A stretch of DNA of 41,924 bases from a virus (taxonomy: Duplodnaviria; Caudoviricetes). How positions within the stretch are numbered: the stretch's first letter is position 1; each line of letters opens with the position of its first letter. Made by a program: the position numbers and the translations under genes. Under the pieces are notes generated by a model, which was not told the origin of the DNA, did no database searches, and was given only the letters and a program-made list of their open reading frames with translations. Location: positions 1 through 41,924 of IMG/VR virus record IMGVR_UViG_3300020120_000052; one strand, written 5' to 3'. Shown here one piece after another: positions 27,580 to 35,447 of this stretch.

Positions 27580-28403
27580 CCGTCCACCAGCTGCGCACCG
27601 GCTCGGGCAAGACCGAGGCTGCCATCACCTACCTGAGCGGCTGCGTCCGTCCTGAAGCCCTCTCGAAGCGGCCCGACTTCGGCGTGCTGTTCAGTCCGTA
27701 CATGGGCAACTCGCCTGACGGCCTGGGCGTCTTCGGCCTGGACAACGGTGTGTTCGGTGAGTTCAACAGCCAGGGTAAGAAGCCCTTCTCGCAACCCAAG
27801 TTCGAGAAGCTGATGGCCAAGTGGCAGCCAGTCGCCGGCCAGGCCCTGTTCGCCGTGGCGCCCGACGTCATCGCCCCCTGGCAGGCCGAGCTAGCCGGCC
27901 TGGACGCTCGCGCGCCCTGGGCAGCCACCATCGAGCGCTCGGCGCCATTCCTGCCACTCATCCGCGACTACGGCTACCCGGCCGCCTTCGTCGCCCAGGA
28001 CGGCCTGGAGCAGCACCTGGCCAAGATCCCCTGGTCGGCCTTCGACGTGCTGTTCCTGGGCGGCGGCCAGGCCGACAAGTACCTGTCGCCGACCAATCGG
28101 GTGTGGTCGCCACGCCTGAAGCGCTGGGTCGGCGAATGGAAGCTCACGCCTGGCGCCCGACGCCTGGTCGACCTGGCCAAGGCCAAGGGCAAGCGGGTCC
28201 ACATGGGGCGCGTGAACTCGTTCAAGCGCATCTCGATCGCCGCCGAGTGGGGCTGCGACAGTGCCGATGGCACCTGCATCGGCCGCCACCCGAAGGGGCC
28301 AGACTTCGCCACTACCGAAGTCATCAGCTGGCTCAATCGGCTCAACACTGGCTCGGGCAAGACCGAGGCCGCCATCTTCGCCAAGGGAGTCCACACCTCA
28401 TGA
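27576..28403 (+). CDS. DpdA-like / tRNA-guanine transglycosylase-fold DNA base-exchange protein, 275 aa
   Basis: LDNGVF, VAPDV, FVAQDG, LFLGG...EWK, VHMGRVNS..R...A...GCDSADGT: the motif series of phage TGT-like (DpdA-like) proteins. Confidence 0.75.
   Translation: MTVHQLRTGSGKTEAAITYLSGCVRPEALSKRPDFGVLFSPYMGNSPDGLGVFGLDNGVFGEFNSQGKKPFSQPKFEKLMAKWQPVAGQALFAVAPDVIAPWQAELAGLDARAPWAATIERSAPFLPLIRDYGYPAAFVAQDGLEQHLAKIPWSAFDVLFLGGGQADKYLSPTNRVWSPRLKRWVGEWKLTPGARRLVDLAKAKGKRVHMGRVNSFKRISIAAEWGCDSADGTCIGRHPKGPDFATTEVISWLNRLNTGSGKTEAAIFAKGVHTS
27596..28376 (+). repeat. Direct repeat B: 31 bp (29/31 identical) at 27596-27626 and 28346-28376, each encoding TGSGKTEAAI
   Basis: CACYGGCTCGGGCAAGACCGAGGCYGCCATC; copies exactly 750 bp apart and in frame. 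Confidence 0.95.
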
Positions 28404-28633
28404 CCACCACCTACACCTGCTGCTTCGCCGGCTGCGGCAAGACCGCTACCCAACGCCTCGGCCGCGAGGTCTTCTACCCGATGTGCGAGGCGCACGCGGC
28501 CACCTACGCCCTGCCGGCCCGGGGCACCCGCCGCTGCGCTGCCTGGCTCGACTGCGGCCACCTGGAGGTGCCGCTGGACCAGCTGAGCACGCGCGGCTTT
28601 TGCCCAGACTGTGAAGCGGTGGCCCGCTCGTGA
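28400..28633 (+). CDS. Cys-rich Zn-binding protein, 77 aa
   Basis: ATGA overlap and GGAG RBS; CCFAGC...CEAH...CGH...CPDC. Confidence 0.75.
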   Translation: MTTTYTCCFAGCGKTATQRLGREVFYPMCEAHAATYALPARGTRRCAAWLDCGHLEVPLDQLSTRGFCPDCEAVARS

Positions 28634-28779
28634 CCCAGCTACTCAACCAGCTGCTGGGCTACGGCTGGGACTCCAGCCTGTACAGCGTTTTCGCCTCGCT
28701 GTTCATGGTCGTCCTGATCGGCATGGTCGTCGCCGGCGTGGCCATCAGCTACATCCAGTCCTGGCGGCGCAAGCCATGA
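28630..28779 (+). CDS. Single-pass membrane peptide, 49 aa (not in ORF track)
   Basis: MTQLLNQLLGYGWDSSLYSVFASLFMVVLIGMVVAGVAISYIQSWRRKP; coupled at both ends. Confidence 0.75.
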   Translation: MTQLLNQLLGYGWDSSLYSVFASLFMVVLIGMVVAGVAISYIQSWRRKP

Positions 28780-29018
28780 TGAAGGCCGCCGAACTCAAGG
28801 CCTGGCGCGCCGCCCACGGCATCAGCCAGCGGCGCCTGGCCGCCCAGCTGGGGGTCAGCTACCAGTCCGTCCAGAACTGGGAGTACGGCGTGGTCGACCC
28901 GCCGTACATGCTGCACCTGGCCCTGGAGCGCCTGGGTCAGATCATCGCCGAGCACGGCGGGGACGTGGCCGCCGTCGCCCGCGAGCAGCTGGCCAGAGAG
29001 GTCCTGGGGTATGCCTGA
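28776..29018 (+). CDS. XRE-family HTH protein, 80 aa
   Basis: LKAWRAAHGISQRRLAAQLGVSYQSVQNWEYG. Confidence 0.9.
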   Translation: MMKAAELKAWRAAHGISQRRLAAQLGVSYQSVQNWEYGVVDPPYMLHLALERLGQIIAEHGGDVAAVAREQLAREVLGYA

Positions 29019-29346
29019 GGTGCGCCACGTGGACCTGTCAGTGTCCGAGTTCCCGGTGTGCGACTTCTGCTCGGACACGGAGCCGCGCTACCTGGAGTCG
29101 GCCGAGGACTTCGACGTGTACCGGGCCATCGACGCCCAGGGCGTGCCCGAGGTCGGCACCTCGACGGGCAGCTGGGCCGCCTGCGAGACGTGCCACCAGC
29201 TGGTCCGCGCCCGCAAGTGGCACACCCTGGAGCGGCGCGCCACCGATGCCATCATGCGCAAGCATCCGGACTTCCCTCGCTCGAAGGTCGCCGAGGGCGT
29301 CCAGACGATGCACGGACTCTTCCGCGAGCATCGCCTGCCAGGCTAG
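29011..29346 (+). CDS. Zn-binding hypothetical protein, 111 aa
   Basis: CDFCSD...WAACETCHQLV. Confidence 0.8.
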   Translation: MPEVRHVDLSVSEFPVCDFCSDTEPRYLESAEDFDVYRAIDAQGVPEVGTSTGSWAACETCHQLVRARKWHTLERRATDAIMRKHPDFPRSKVAEGVQTMHGLFREHRLPG

Positions 29347-29374
29347 ACTTTCTCGGGATCGCACCCGCTTCACC

Positions 29375-29413
29375 AACGCCCCCGGGGTCAGTCACCCGGG
29401 GGCGTTTGGTTTG
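29375..29413 (+). terminator. Intrinsic terminator between convergent operons
   Basis: Perfect 12-bp stem AACGCCCCCGGG/CCCGGGGGCGTT, 8-nt loop, followed by TGGTTTG. Confidence 0.8.
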
Positions 29414-29418
29414 CCCGT

Positions 29419-29757
29419 TCAGTCCTCGGACCAGCCCAGGGCGCGGGACATGGCCAGAATGGCCTCCCACAGGTCGCTGTGCCCACGATCCACCGGACCG
29501 TCCACCAGGACCAGCCATTCGCGGAAACGCCGCTGGAGGCGGAATACGGTGCCCGTGGACGCCCAGCGGCGCGGCAGCACGTCGGCAGCTGCCTCCAGGT
29601 CGGCCACCAGGCACGCCAGGCTGAGACGGTCGCGTTTGGACTTGACCCTGCCGGTCAGGCTGCCGGTGCCGCCTTCGGCCGCCGCGTGTAGCTCGTCCCA
29701 GAAGTGCAGGTACTGCTCGATGCACTCGGGCGAGTACTCGTCCTCGGGGTTCAGCAT
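29419..29757 (-). CDS. Hypothetical protein, 112 aa, possible late-gene transcription regulator
   Basis: GGAG RBS; ADLEAAADVLP segment resembles the start of sigma region 4/RinA-like folds; last gene of the early module. Confidence 0.55.
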   Translation of the reverse strand: MLNPEDEYSPECIEQYLHFWDELHAAAEGGTGSLTGRVKSKRDRLSLACLVADLEAAADVLPRRWASTGTVFRLQRRFREWLVLVDGPVDRGHSDLWEAILAMSRALGWSED

Positions 29758-29769
29758 CCGCCGCTCCGT

Positions 29770-29888
29770 ATGTGTGGTGGTAAATGTGTGGTGAAGTTAG
29801 GAACTACCACAGTTCCCTGACGATTCACTGACCTTTCAAGTTCAAAACTGATGTGTGGTTGTGTGGTTTTACTTAAAGCACCACACAT
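29770..29888. repeat. Iteron-like array, candidate replication origin
   Basis: TGTGTGGT at 29771, 29785, 29852, 29860 and inverted (ACCACACA) at 29880, in an AT-richer gap directly after the helicase gene. Confidence 0.6.
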
Positions 29889-31138
29889 TAGCGCTCGCGG
29901 ACCCCGTACAGCTGCCGGCGGCCCACTTTTCCGCCCTTGGCGAAGGTCCGCGCGTCGCTCAGGTAGTGGACGACCTGGGTCCGATCCATGCCCAGGTCCT
30001 CGGCGATCTGGCTGGCGTCCAGGGCGCCCATGTCCAGCAGGTGCTGCCTGACCGTCTCCTTGCCGGTCATCTTGCGCATCCCTTCGACGTCGGGGAACTC
30101 GCCGGGCCTGGCCTTGCGCACCAGGGTCAGCCCGGACTGGTCGAACTCCAGGGCGCCGATCCACATCGGACCCTTCGGCACGTCGTTGCTCTTGGTCACC
30201 TGGAGGCCGATGCCGAGCGGCCCGAGTTCCTCCTGCTCGCTGGCCAGCTGGACGACCACGTCGGCGCCAGCTTCAAAGTGAACCGATCCGTACAGGTGCG
30301 ACTCGTCGGCGCGCGGCGTGTGGGCCAGGCCGACCCAGGTCGGGGCGATGTGGTTGAGCGTGTCGATGATGCGGTTGGCGGCCTCGTTGGCGTTCAGGTC
30401 GCCGCTGCCGGCGCGGCTGATCGAGTCCACGAAGACCACCTCGGCGCCGCATCTGGCGATGTGCCGCTCCACCATGGTGGAGATGTCCAGGAGCGACCGT
30501 CCGCGTGCGTTCAGGATGTCCAGCGTGCGGTTACGCTCCAGGCCCAGGGCGGCGTTGACGTTGCCCAGGCGATCGAGCACCGAGCGCTTGGCGCGCTCCA
30601 GGTTGACGAACAGGGTGCGCGTCTGCTTGACCCGCCAGAAGGTGCTCAGGCCGGCGTCGATGCATACCTGCATGATCATCATGCCGTAGCTCTTGCCTCG
30701 GCCGGGCGGGGCGAAGATGATCGCGCCGCCCTCGCGGATGACGTACGGGTCCAGGATCAGGTCGGGCGGCGTGGGCACCAGCGTGCCGCCCAGGGTTTCC
30801 ACCTCGTACTCCTCCATGTGCGCGTCGAGCAGGCCGTAGCAGAAGGAGTCCAGGTCGGCCTTCATGTACTCGCTGGGATAGATCGTCTTCTTGTCGGCAC
30901 CTCCTACCAGCTGGCGGTGTGCGCTGTTGGCCAGGCGCACCCGCTCCTCGTCGCGCCAGACGTTCATCGTGTTGAACGCCAGCACGGTCTTGTTGGCCAT
31001 GATTCGGACGGTGGCGTGCGCGCCCGTCGGCGCGGGCCGCACATCGGTGGCCGAAAACGTCAGGGTCACGTGTAGCTCGGGGATCTGGCGGCGCTTGACC
31101 AGGGCGCCGCCCTCCCGCTGGTACTCAGATTGACTCAC
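29888..31138 (-). CDS. RepA/AAA_25-type replicative helicase with C-terminal HTH (~416 aa; GTG 31138)
   Basis: Walker A FAPPGRGKS, LFVNLE, Walker B VVFVDS, LAHT, GS motif; C-terminal DASQIAEDLGMDRTQVVHYL HTH. Confidence 0.85.
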   Translation of the reverse strand: MSQSEYQREGGALVKRRQIPELHVTLTFSATDVRPAPTGAHATVRIMANKTVLAFNTMNVWRDEERVRLANSAHRQLVGGADKKTIYPSEYMKADLDSFCYGLLDAHMEEYEVETLGGTLVPTPPDLILDPYVIREGGAIIFAPPGRGKSYGMMIMQVCIDAGLSTFWRVKQTRTLFVNLERAKRSVLDRLGNVNAALGLERNRTLDILNARGRSLLDISTMVERHIARCGAEVVFVDSISRAGSGDLNANEAANRIIDTLNHIAPTWVGLAHTPRADESHLYGSVHFEAGADVVVQLASEQEELGPLGIGLQVTKSNDVPKGPMWIGALEFDQSGLTLVRKARPGEFPDVEGMRKMTGKETVRQHLLDMGALDASQIAEDLGMDRTQVVHYLSDARTFAKGGKVGRRQLYGVRER

Positions 31139-31340
31139 GATTCCACACCGCTCCGGGGATAGCTGGTGGCTCTGGGGTAGGCGCCGGCGGAGGCGGCGCG
31201 GGCTCGATCGCCGCGATGTAGCCCTCGAAGGTGTCCAGCCAGCTGGGGAGCGGCTCATCCCCAGCTGGCCCGTGCTTCGCGTTTAGCTCAGCCAGCCGGT
31301 TCTCGACGTGGAGGCGCCGCTGGCGCCAGCGTTCGGTCAT
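31125..31340 (-). CDS. Hypothetical protein, 71 aa
   Basis: ATG overlaps the upstream TGA; codon usage. Confidence 0.65.
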   Translation of the reverse strand: MTERWRQRRLHVENRLAELNAKHGPAGDEPLPSWLDTFEGYIAAIEPAPPPPAPTPEPPAIPGAVWNRESI

Positions 31341-31720
31341 GTCTGAACCGGCTTGATGCGGTAGCGCCGCCGACCGTTCCACACCTCCATCTCCAGGCGC
31401 CCGCTCTTGACCAGCGAGTGCATGCGGTTGACGTAGGCGCCGCGCACGCCGACCCGCATCGCCCTGGGCTGGCCCCGTCGCCAGGCCTCGGCGGCCGGCA
31501 GCCGCTCCCCGGCATCCCGCTGGTGGTGGCGCCTGCCATTGCGCTCGTACTCGAAGATCCAGTTACGTGCCGCCATGCGCGGGTCGACAAAGCGGGCCAG
31601 CTGGCAGAACAACACCTGGTCTTCGTGCCAGGCGCCGTCGGCCAGCAGGCGTTCCGTCTCGCGCCGCAGCGGCGTCCACTTCTTCGGGACCAGGGCGCCG
31701 ACGGCTAGGCCACTGCTCAT
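31337..31720 (-). CDS. Hypothetical basic protein, 127 aa (winged-helix-like C-terminus)
   Basis: MHSLVKSGRLEMEVWNGRRRYRI; coupled genes. Confidence 0.7.
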   Translation of the reverse strand: MSSGLAVGALVPKKWTPLRRETERLLADGAWHEDQVLFCQLARFVDPRMAARNWIFEYERNGRRHHQRDAGERLPAAEAWRRGQPRAMRVGVRGAYVNRMHSLVKSGRLEMEVWNGRRRYRIKPVQT

Positions 31721-32685
31721 GCCGCGCGCACCGAGTTGGACTGGCGCACCAGGGTGTTGATCAGCGGCGCCAGGGCCTTGTACTGGTTGGCCAGCTGCAT
31801 CACCTCGTCATGGCCGGCTACCTCCAGGGCGACCAGGTCGGGGTAGCGCTCCAGGAAGCGGTGGATACCGCTGATGCGCTCCAGCAGGTGCTGCATGCGC
31901 GACTTGGGGATGTGCGGACGGTTGAAGCGCTTCTGGCGGATCAGGTCGGCCACCTCGGGCCGCTCGCGCCAGGCGTCGATGACGGCCAGGGCGTCCTTCT
32001 CGTTGCGGGCGCGGCGGATGTCGGCCCAGAACTCGGCCGCCAGGCCGCCCTTCAGGCCAGCCTCCTGGATCAGCTTGGCCGCCTCGCGGAACTGCACGTC
32101 ACTGGCGATGTACGCGTGCAGGCGGTCCTTGTTGGTCAGGCTGATCGCGTCCGGGTCCAGGCCGAACTGGTTCAGGCGGGCGCCGACCTCGTCCGATCGC
32201 AACTCGCGCTCGAACTTCTCGGCCTTGATCCGAAAGCGGCGGGCGACCTCGTTCTTGGGCAGGCCCGGGTAGCGCAGGTGGTACTGCTTGGCCTGGAGCA
32301 TCCGATCCAGGGGTGAGCCCGGGTCGCCGTTCAGGCCGTTGGCCGTCCAGCAGATGGCGATACGCTTCTCCTCGGTCATCTCGGAGCACACGTACGCGTC
32401 GATGGCCGACTGCTCGATATCGATCGCCGCCGCCAGTCGCTGGTTGCCGTCCAGCAGCACCAGGCGGCCACTGTCGGCGCGCCAGGCGATCAGCGCCGGG
32501 AACTCGCTGCCGTCGATGAACGCCAGGGCATAGCGTTCGACCAGGTCTTCGATGATCGGGGCGTTGACGCGCGCCTGGTTGCGCTTGCTGGCCTCGATGT
32601 CAAACTCGGTGATGGCGACCCCATCCAGGTAGTCCCACTTGACTCCTTCGTTGGTCAGCCAGTGCTCAATACGTGGATCTCTCAC
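31717..32685 (-). CDS. ParB/Srx-like N-terminal domain protein (~322 aa; GTG 32685)
   Basis: AGGAGG RBS; NQAR...FPALIAW...VLLDGNQRLAAA, then an HTH (KNEVARRFRI). Confidence 0.75.
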   Translation of the reverse strand: MRDPRIEHWLTNEGVKWDYLDGVAITEFDIEASKRNQARVNAPIIEDLVERYALAFIDGSEFPALIAWRADSGRLVLLDGNQRLAAAIDIEQSAIDAYVCSEMTEEKRIAICWTANGLNGDPGSPLDRMLQAKQYHLRYPGLPKNEVARRFRIKAEKFERELRSDEVGARLNQFGLDPDAISLTNKDRLHAYIASDVQFREAAKLIQEAGLKGGLAAEFWADIRRARNEKDALAVIDAWRERPEVADLIRQKRFNRPHIPKSRMQHLLERISGIHRFLERYPDLVALEVAGHDEVMQLANQYKALAPLINTLVRQSNSVRAA

Positions 32686-32707
32686 GAAGCGGACCCTCCT
32701 CCGCGTT

Positions 32708-33022
32708 TCAAAGCAGGCGCGCGAGGACCTCCTCCTCGTCACTCGGGCGCCAGACATAAACCTCCAGGTGTGGGCAGCCGCGCAGACGCTCGATCCAGTA
32801 CGCCTGGGCGTCGGTCAGCTTGCCGCGTTCGGTCTTGAGTTCAGCGAAGATGCAGCGGGGCTCGCGGACCAGGACCAGGTCGGGGAAGCCTGGCACCGAG
32901 TGGACGCTGGACCAGGTGAAGTACCCCAGCCAGCCTCGGGCCGTGGCCCAGTTCAGCACCTGCTGGCGCCACACTCGTTCGGTGACATGCGCCAGCAGCA
33001 GCTGCCGACCGGCACCGCTCAT
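32708..33022 (-). CDS. VRR-NUC (PD-(D/E)xK) nuclease, 104 aa
   Basis: GFPDLVLV...FAELKTERGKLTDAQAYW...VWRPSD. Confidence 0.92.
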   Translation of the reverse strand: MSGAGRQLLLAHVTERVWRQQVLNWATARGWLGYFTWSSVHSVPGFPDLVLVREPRCIFAELKTERGKLTDAQAYWIERLRGCPHLEVYVWRPSDEEEVLARLL

Positions 33023-33222
33023 CGGGTTTGCCGGCCTCGATCCTTGAAGCTGAAGCCCATCCAGGACCAGTAGCTCCGCAGCTGGGCGTCGATGAGCCAG
33101 AGTTCCTTGCGACGCGGCAGGCACCACTCGTCGCACTCGGTGCGGTCATACTCGTGCAGCGGGCAGTACTCGGTGAATGTCTTACCGGCTGGCGTGTCCG
33201 ACGTGGTGATGGCCATGCCCAT
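33019..33222 (-). CDS. Hypothetical protein, 67 aa
   Basis: CPLH...CDEWC; coupled to the VRR-NUC gene. Confidence 0.6.
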   Translation of the reverse strand: MGMAITTSDTPAGKTFTEYCPLHEYDRTECDEWCLPRRKELWLIDAQLRSYWSWMGFSFKDRGRQTR

Positions 33223-33223
33223 G

Positions 33224-34243
33224 TCACGCCTGCGGTCCTGACTCCAGCCAGTCTTCCATCAGACGGTTCTGGGCCTCGATCTCTTCGGGCGTCGCCGACA
33301 CCGGAAGCTCGCGCAGCTTCAGCCCCTTGCGGTACGTCTCCAGGTGGAGCACCTGGTTGCGCTCCCAGGGGGTATCCCGGGGCGCCGCTTCCGCTCCAGC
33401 TGGTTGCCCAGCTGCCGGCGCCCCAGGAGTCTGTTGAGCAGCGGCCCGTTCGGCGTCCTGTGCGGCCAGGAGGGCTTGCCGCTCATCGATCAGCTGCTTG
33501 AGTTCCAGGCCGTACTGGATCAACTCCTGGCGCGGGACGCCCAGCTTGACGTTGGGCACCTTGACGCGCCAGCGGTTGGCGTCGTCCACCAGGGCCATCC
33601 AGCGCTGCCACAGGCGATCGTCAGCGCTGCGCACCAGGTCGGCGTCGTCCACCTCGCGGATGTCCGTCGGGACCACCAGCGGCGGCTCGGCGTCGGGCTC
33701 CACCTGGATGTCGATGACCTGGCCCTGGCCGTCCACGGCGGCGCCGAGTTCGTCCGGGGTGTAGATAGCGCCGCTGAAGATCTCGGGGCAGTACCAGCGG
33801 GCGCCGTTGCTCAGCGCTCGGCTGAAGTACATATTCCTCGGGAACTTCGAGTACATATCGCCCTTGCGAGCCAGCAGCCCAGCCGCCTTGGCGTCGTCCT
33901 GGTTGAAGGTGGACGTGCCGACCTTCTGCTGCTTGCCGTCGGTCGTCTCGTAGAAGTCGATCGTGCAGCCGCTGTTGTCCAGCTGGACGACACGATAGGC
34001 GTACTTGCCGGAGCGCTGGATGGCCGCCGCGATCAGGTCGGCGGCGATCGTCGGCTTGCCTTCGATCACATGCACCCCGCGCATGCTGGCCATCGGGCCG
34101 AAGCCAAGCTCTTGGCCTGCGATGATCTTGACGATGGCCTGGGCCTTGCTGCGAGTGTCGGCGAAGAAGCCGCTGGCGACGAAGATGTCGCCGAGCCGCT
34201 CGATGTCGATCTCGTTGCGCACAGCCAGGCTGCGCTCGGTCAT
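33224..34243 (-). CDS. RecT/Rad52-like single-strand annealing protein, 339 aa
   Basis: AIVKIIAGQELGFGPMASMRGVHVIEGKP...DAKAAGL...YSKFPRNMYFSRALSNGARWYCPE...IYTPDEL. Confidence 0.85.
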   Translation of the reverse strand: MTERSLAVRNEIDIERLGDIFVASGFFADTRSKAQAIVKIIAGQELGFGPMASMRGVHVIEGKPTIAADLIAAAIQRSGKYAYRVVQLDNSGCTIDFYETTDGKQQKVGTSTFNQDDAKAAGLLARKGDMYSKFPRNMYFSRALSNGARWYCPEIFSGAIYTPDELGAAVDGQGQVIDIQVEPDAEPPLVVPTDIREVDDADLVRSADDRLWQRWMALVDDANRWRVKVPNVKLGVPRQELIQYGLELKQLIDERQALLAAQDAERAAAQQTPGAPAAGQPAGAEAAPRDTPWERNQVLHLETYRKGLKLRELPVSATPEEIEAQNRLMEDWLESGPQA

Positions 34244-34344
34244 GAGCGCACCGCCAGCCAGATCAGGGCGAAGGCCAGCACCAGGATCATGACGCCGAAG
34301 AACAGGCGACGATGGAAGCGGCGCCGCTCAAACTCTTCGTCCAT
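34240..34344 (-). CDS. Single-pass membrane peptide, 34 aa
   Basis: MDEEFERRRFHRRLFFGVMILVLAFALIWLAVRS; TGA overlaps the annealase ATG. Confidence 0.55.
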   Translation of the reverse strand: MDEEFERRRFHRRLFFGVMILVLAFALIWLAVRS

Positions 34345-34358
34345 ATAGACCGCACGCC

Positions 34359-34742
34359 TCAGCAGAGTCCACGTTGGAGCGGAACCCATTGGCTGCGAAA
34401 AAACCTCTCTCCGAGCGCGGCGATGCGGGCCGCCGCCAACCACTCGGAGGTACGGTTTCCGATAATCACTCCCCACTGCCGTGCCGTTCCTGGCAGCCAT
34501 TGCAAAAACCCCCTCGCGCCACTCGACGGGTTGACCGCACCGCCGTAGTGGTGACTCTCGTAACCTTCGATGCAAAGCAACCGCTGGCCGAGCGGGCCAC
34601 ACACGGGCAGATCGCACTCGGGCAGCTGCTCGGGGTCGGCGACCTCGGCGGTAACCTCAGGCTCAGCTGGGGGCTGGGCACACACGTCGGAGCCGATGCA
34701 GATGACCTGGCCCAGCAAGGCCAGGCCGACCAGGGCGGCCAC
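34359..34742 (-). CDS. Small secreted lytic transglycosylase-like (SLT/Rpf-like) protein, 127 aa
   Basis: Hydrophobic N-terminus; CIEGYES...AVNPSSGARGFLQWLPGT lysozyme-fold motifs I and II. Confidence 0.7.
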   Translation of the reverse strand: MAALVGLALLGQVICIGSDVCAQPPAEPEVTAEVADPEQLPECDLPVCGPLGQRLLCIEGYESHHYGGAVNPSSGARGFLQWLPGTARQWGVIIGNRTSEWLAAARIAALGERFFRSQWVPLQRGLC

Positions 34743-34963
34743 TACGCCGCCCTCCCGACAGGTGCAGGCAGCCGCAGCTGGACGTTCTTGTTGCTGACGT
34801 AGTGCGCGTCTTCCTCGGGCAACTGGACGATGTACTCCAGGGCCACGGCATCATCACCTTCTTGACGGTTGGCGCCATGGAAGGCGACGCCGCAGCGGCA
34901 TTTGCAGCGGGTGGTGACCGCCGTCTCGCACGCTACGGACTGGCGTTGGGTGAGGGCTCTCAC
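34742..34963 (-). CDS. Cys-rich protein, 73 aa
   Basis: GTGA overlap; CETA...CKCRCG..FHG. Confidence 0.7.
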   Translation of the reverse strand: MRALTQRQSVACETAVTTRCKCRCGVAFHGANRQEGDDAVALEYIVQLPEEDAHYVSNKNVQLRLPAPVGRAA

Positions 34964-35157
34964 CGTTTTTTCCTCCAGAGCTTGGCCTCGGGGCACCGCG
35001 TGAAGTGGTTGATTCGGGTCGGGAACCCCTTGTCGTCCACCTCGTAGATGGCCCGCTTGCCTTGCGTATTCAGGCTGAAGTAGCAGGGCTGGCCGCAGGA
35101 TCGACACGGCAGGACGTGGGTGTACACGCCGAGCGTCTCGTCGCGGACCAGGTTCAC
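34960..35157 (-). CDS. Zn-ribbon protein, 65 aa
   Basis: CRSCG...HFTRCPEA..WR. Confidence 0.75.
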   Translation of the reverse strand: MNLVRDETLGVYTHVLPCRSCGQPCYFSLNTQGKRAIYEVDDKGFPTRINHFTRCPEAKLWRKKR

Positions 35158-35447
35158 GCCTTGGCCTTCAGCTGCTCGACGGTGTCTATCCACTGCTGAA
35201 AGCCGCGCTCTTCCCAGTCGTTGGAAGCCAACTCATTGATCACCCGCTTGGCATACGCATGGGCCAGGGCGGCCTGGGTGATCTCGGCGTTGCTCAGCGG
35301 CTGGCCGGCGTACGTCTTGGTGGTCACCTTCGGCTCGGGCTTGCTGGCCAGGTCCTCGAAGGCCACCGAGGACACCTGCTCGCCGCGCGCTACCAGGTTC
35401 TCGTTCAGGGACTCCAGCAGCGAGACGATCTTGTCCAGGCCAGTCAC
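35154..35447 (-). CDS. Hypothetical protein, 97 aa
   Basis: GTGA coupling on both sides; codon usage. Confidence 0.75.
   Translation of the reverse strand: MTGLDKIVSLLESLNENLVARGEQVSSVAFEDLASKPEPKVTTKTYAGQPLSNAEITQAALAHAYAKRVINELASNDWEERGFQQWIDTVEQLKAKA

Larger units (their letters stand above)
27356..28407 (+). repeat. Direct repeat A (start-associated): CCAAG(G)GAGTCCACACCTC(CC)ATGACCAC at 27356-27383 and 28381-28407
   Basis: 14-bp identical core GGAGTCCACACCTC (27360-73, 28386-99) spanning the RBS and start codon of two genes. Confidence 0.85.

Noticed and set aside
27597-27626. TGSGKT as evidence of a helicase/ATPase or an intein insertion
   Set aside because: No preceding beta-strand context, Walker B or intein terminal residues; the intervening sequence is a TGT-like domain.
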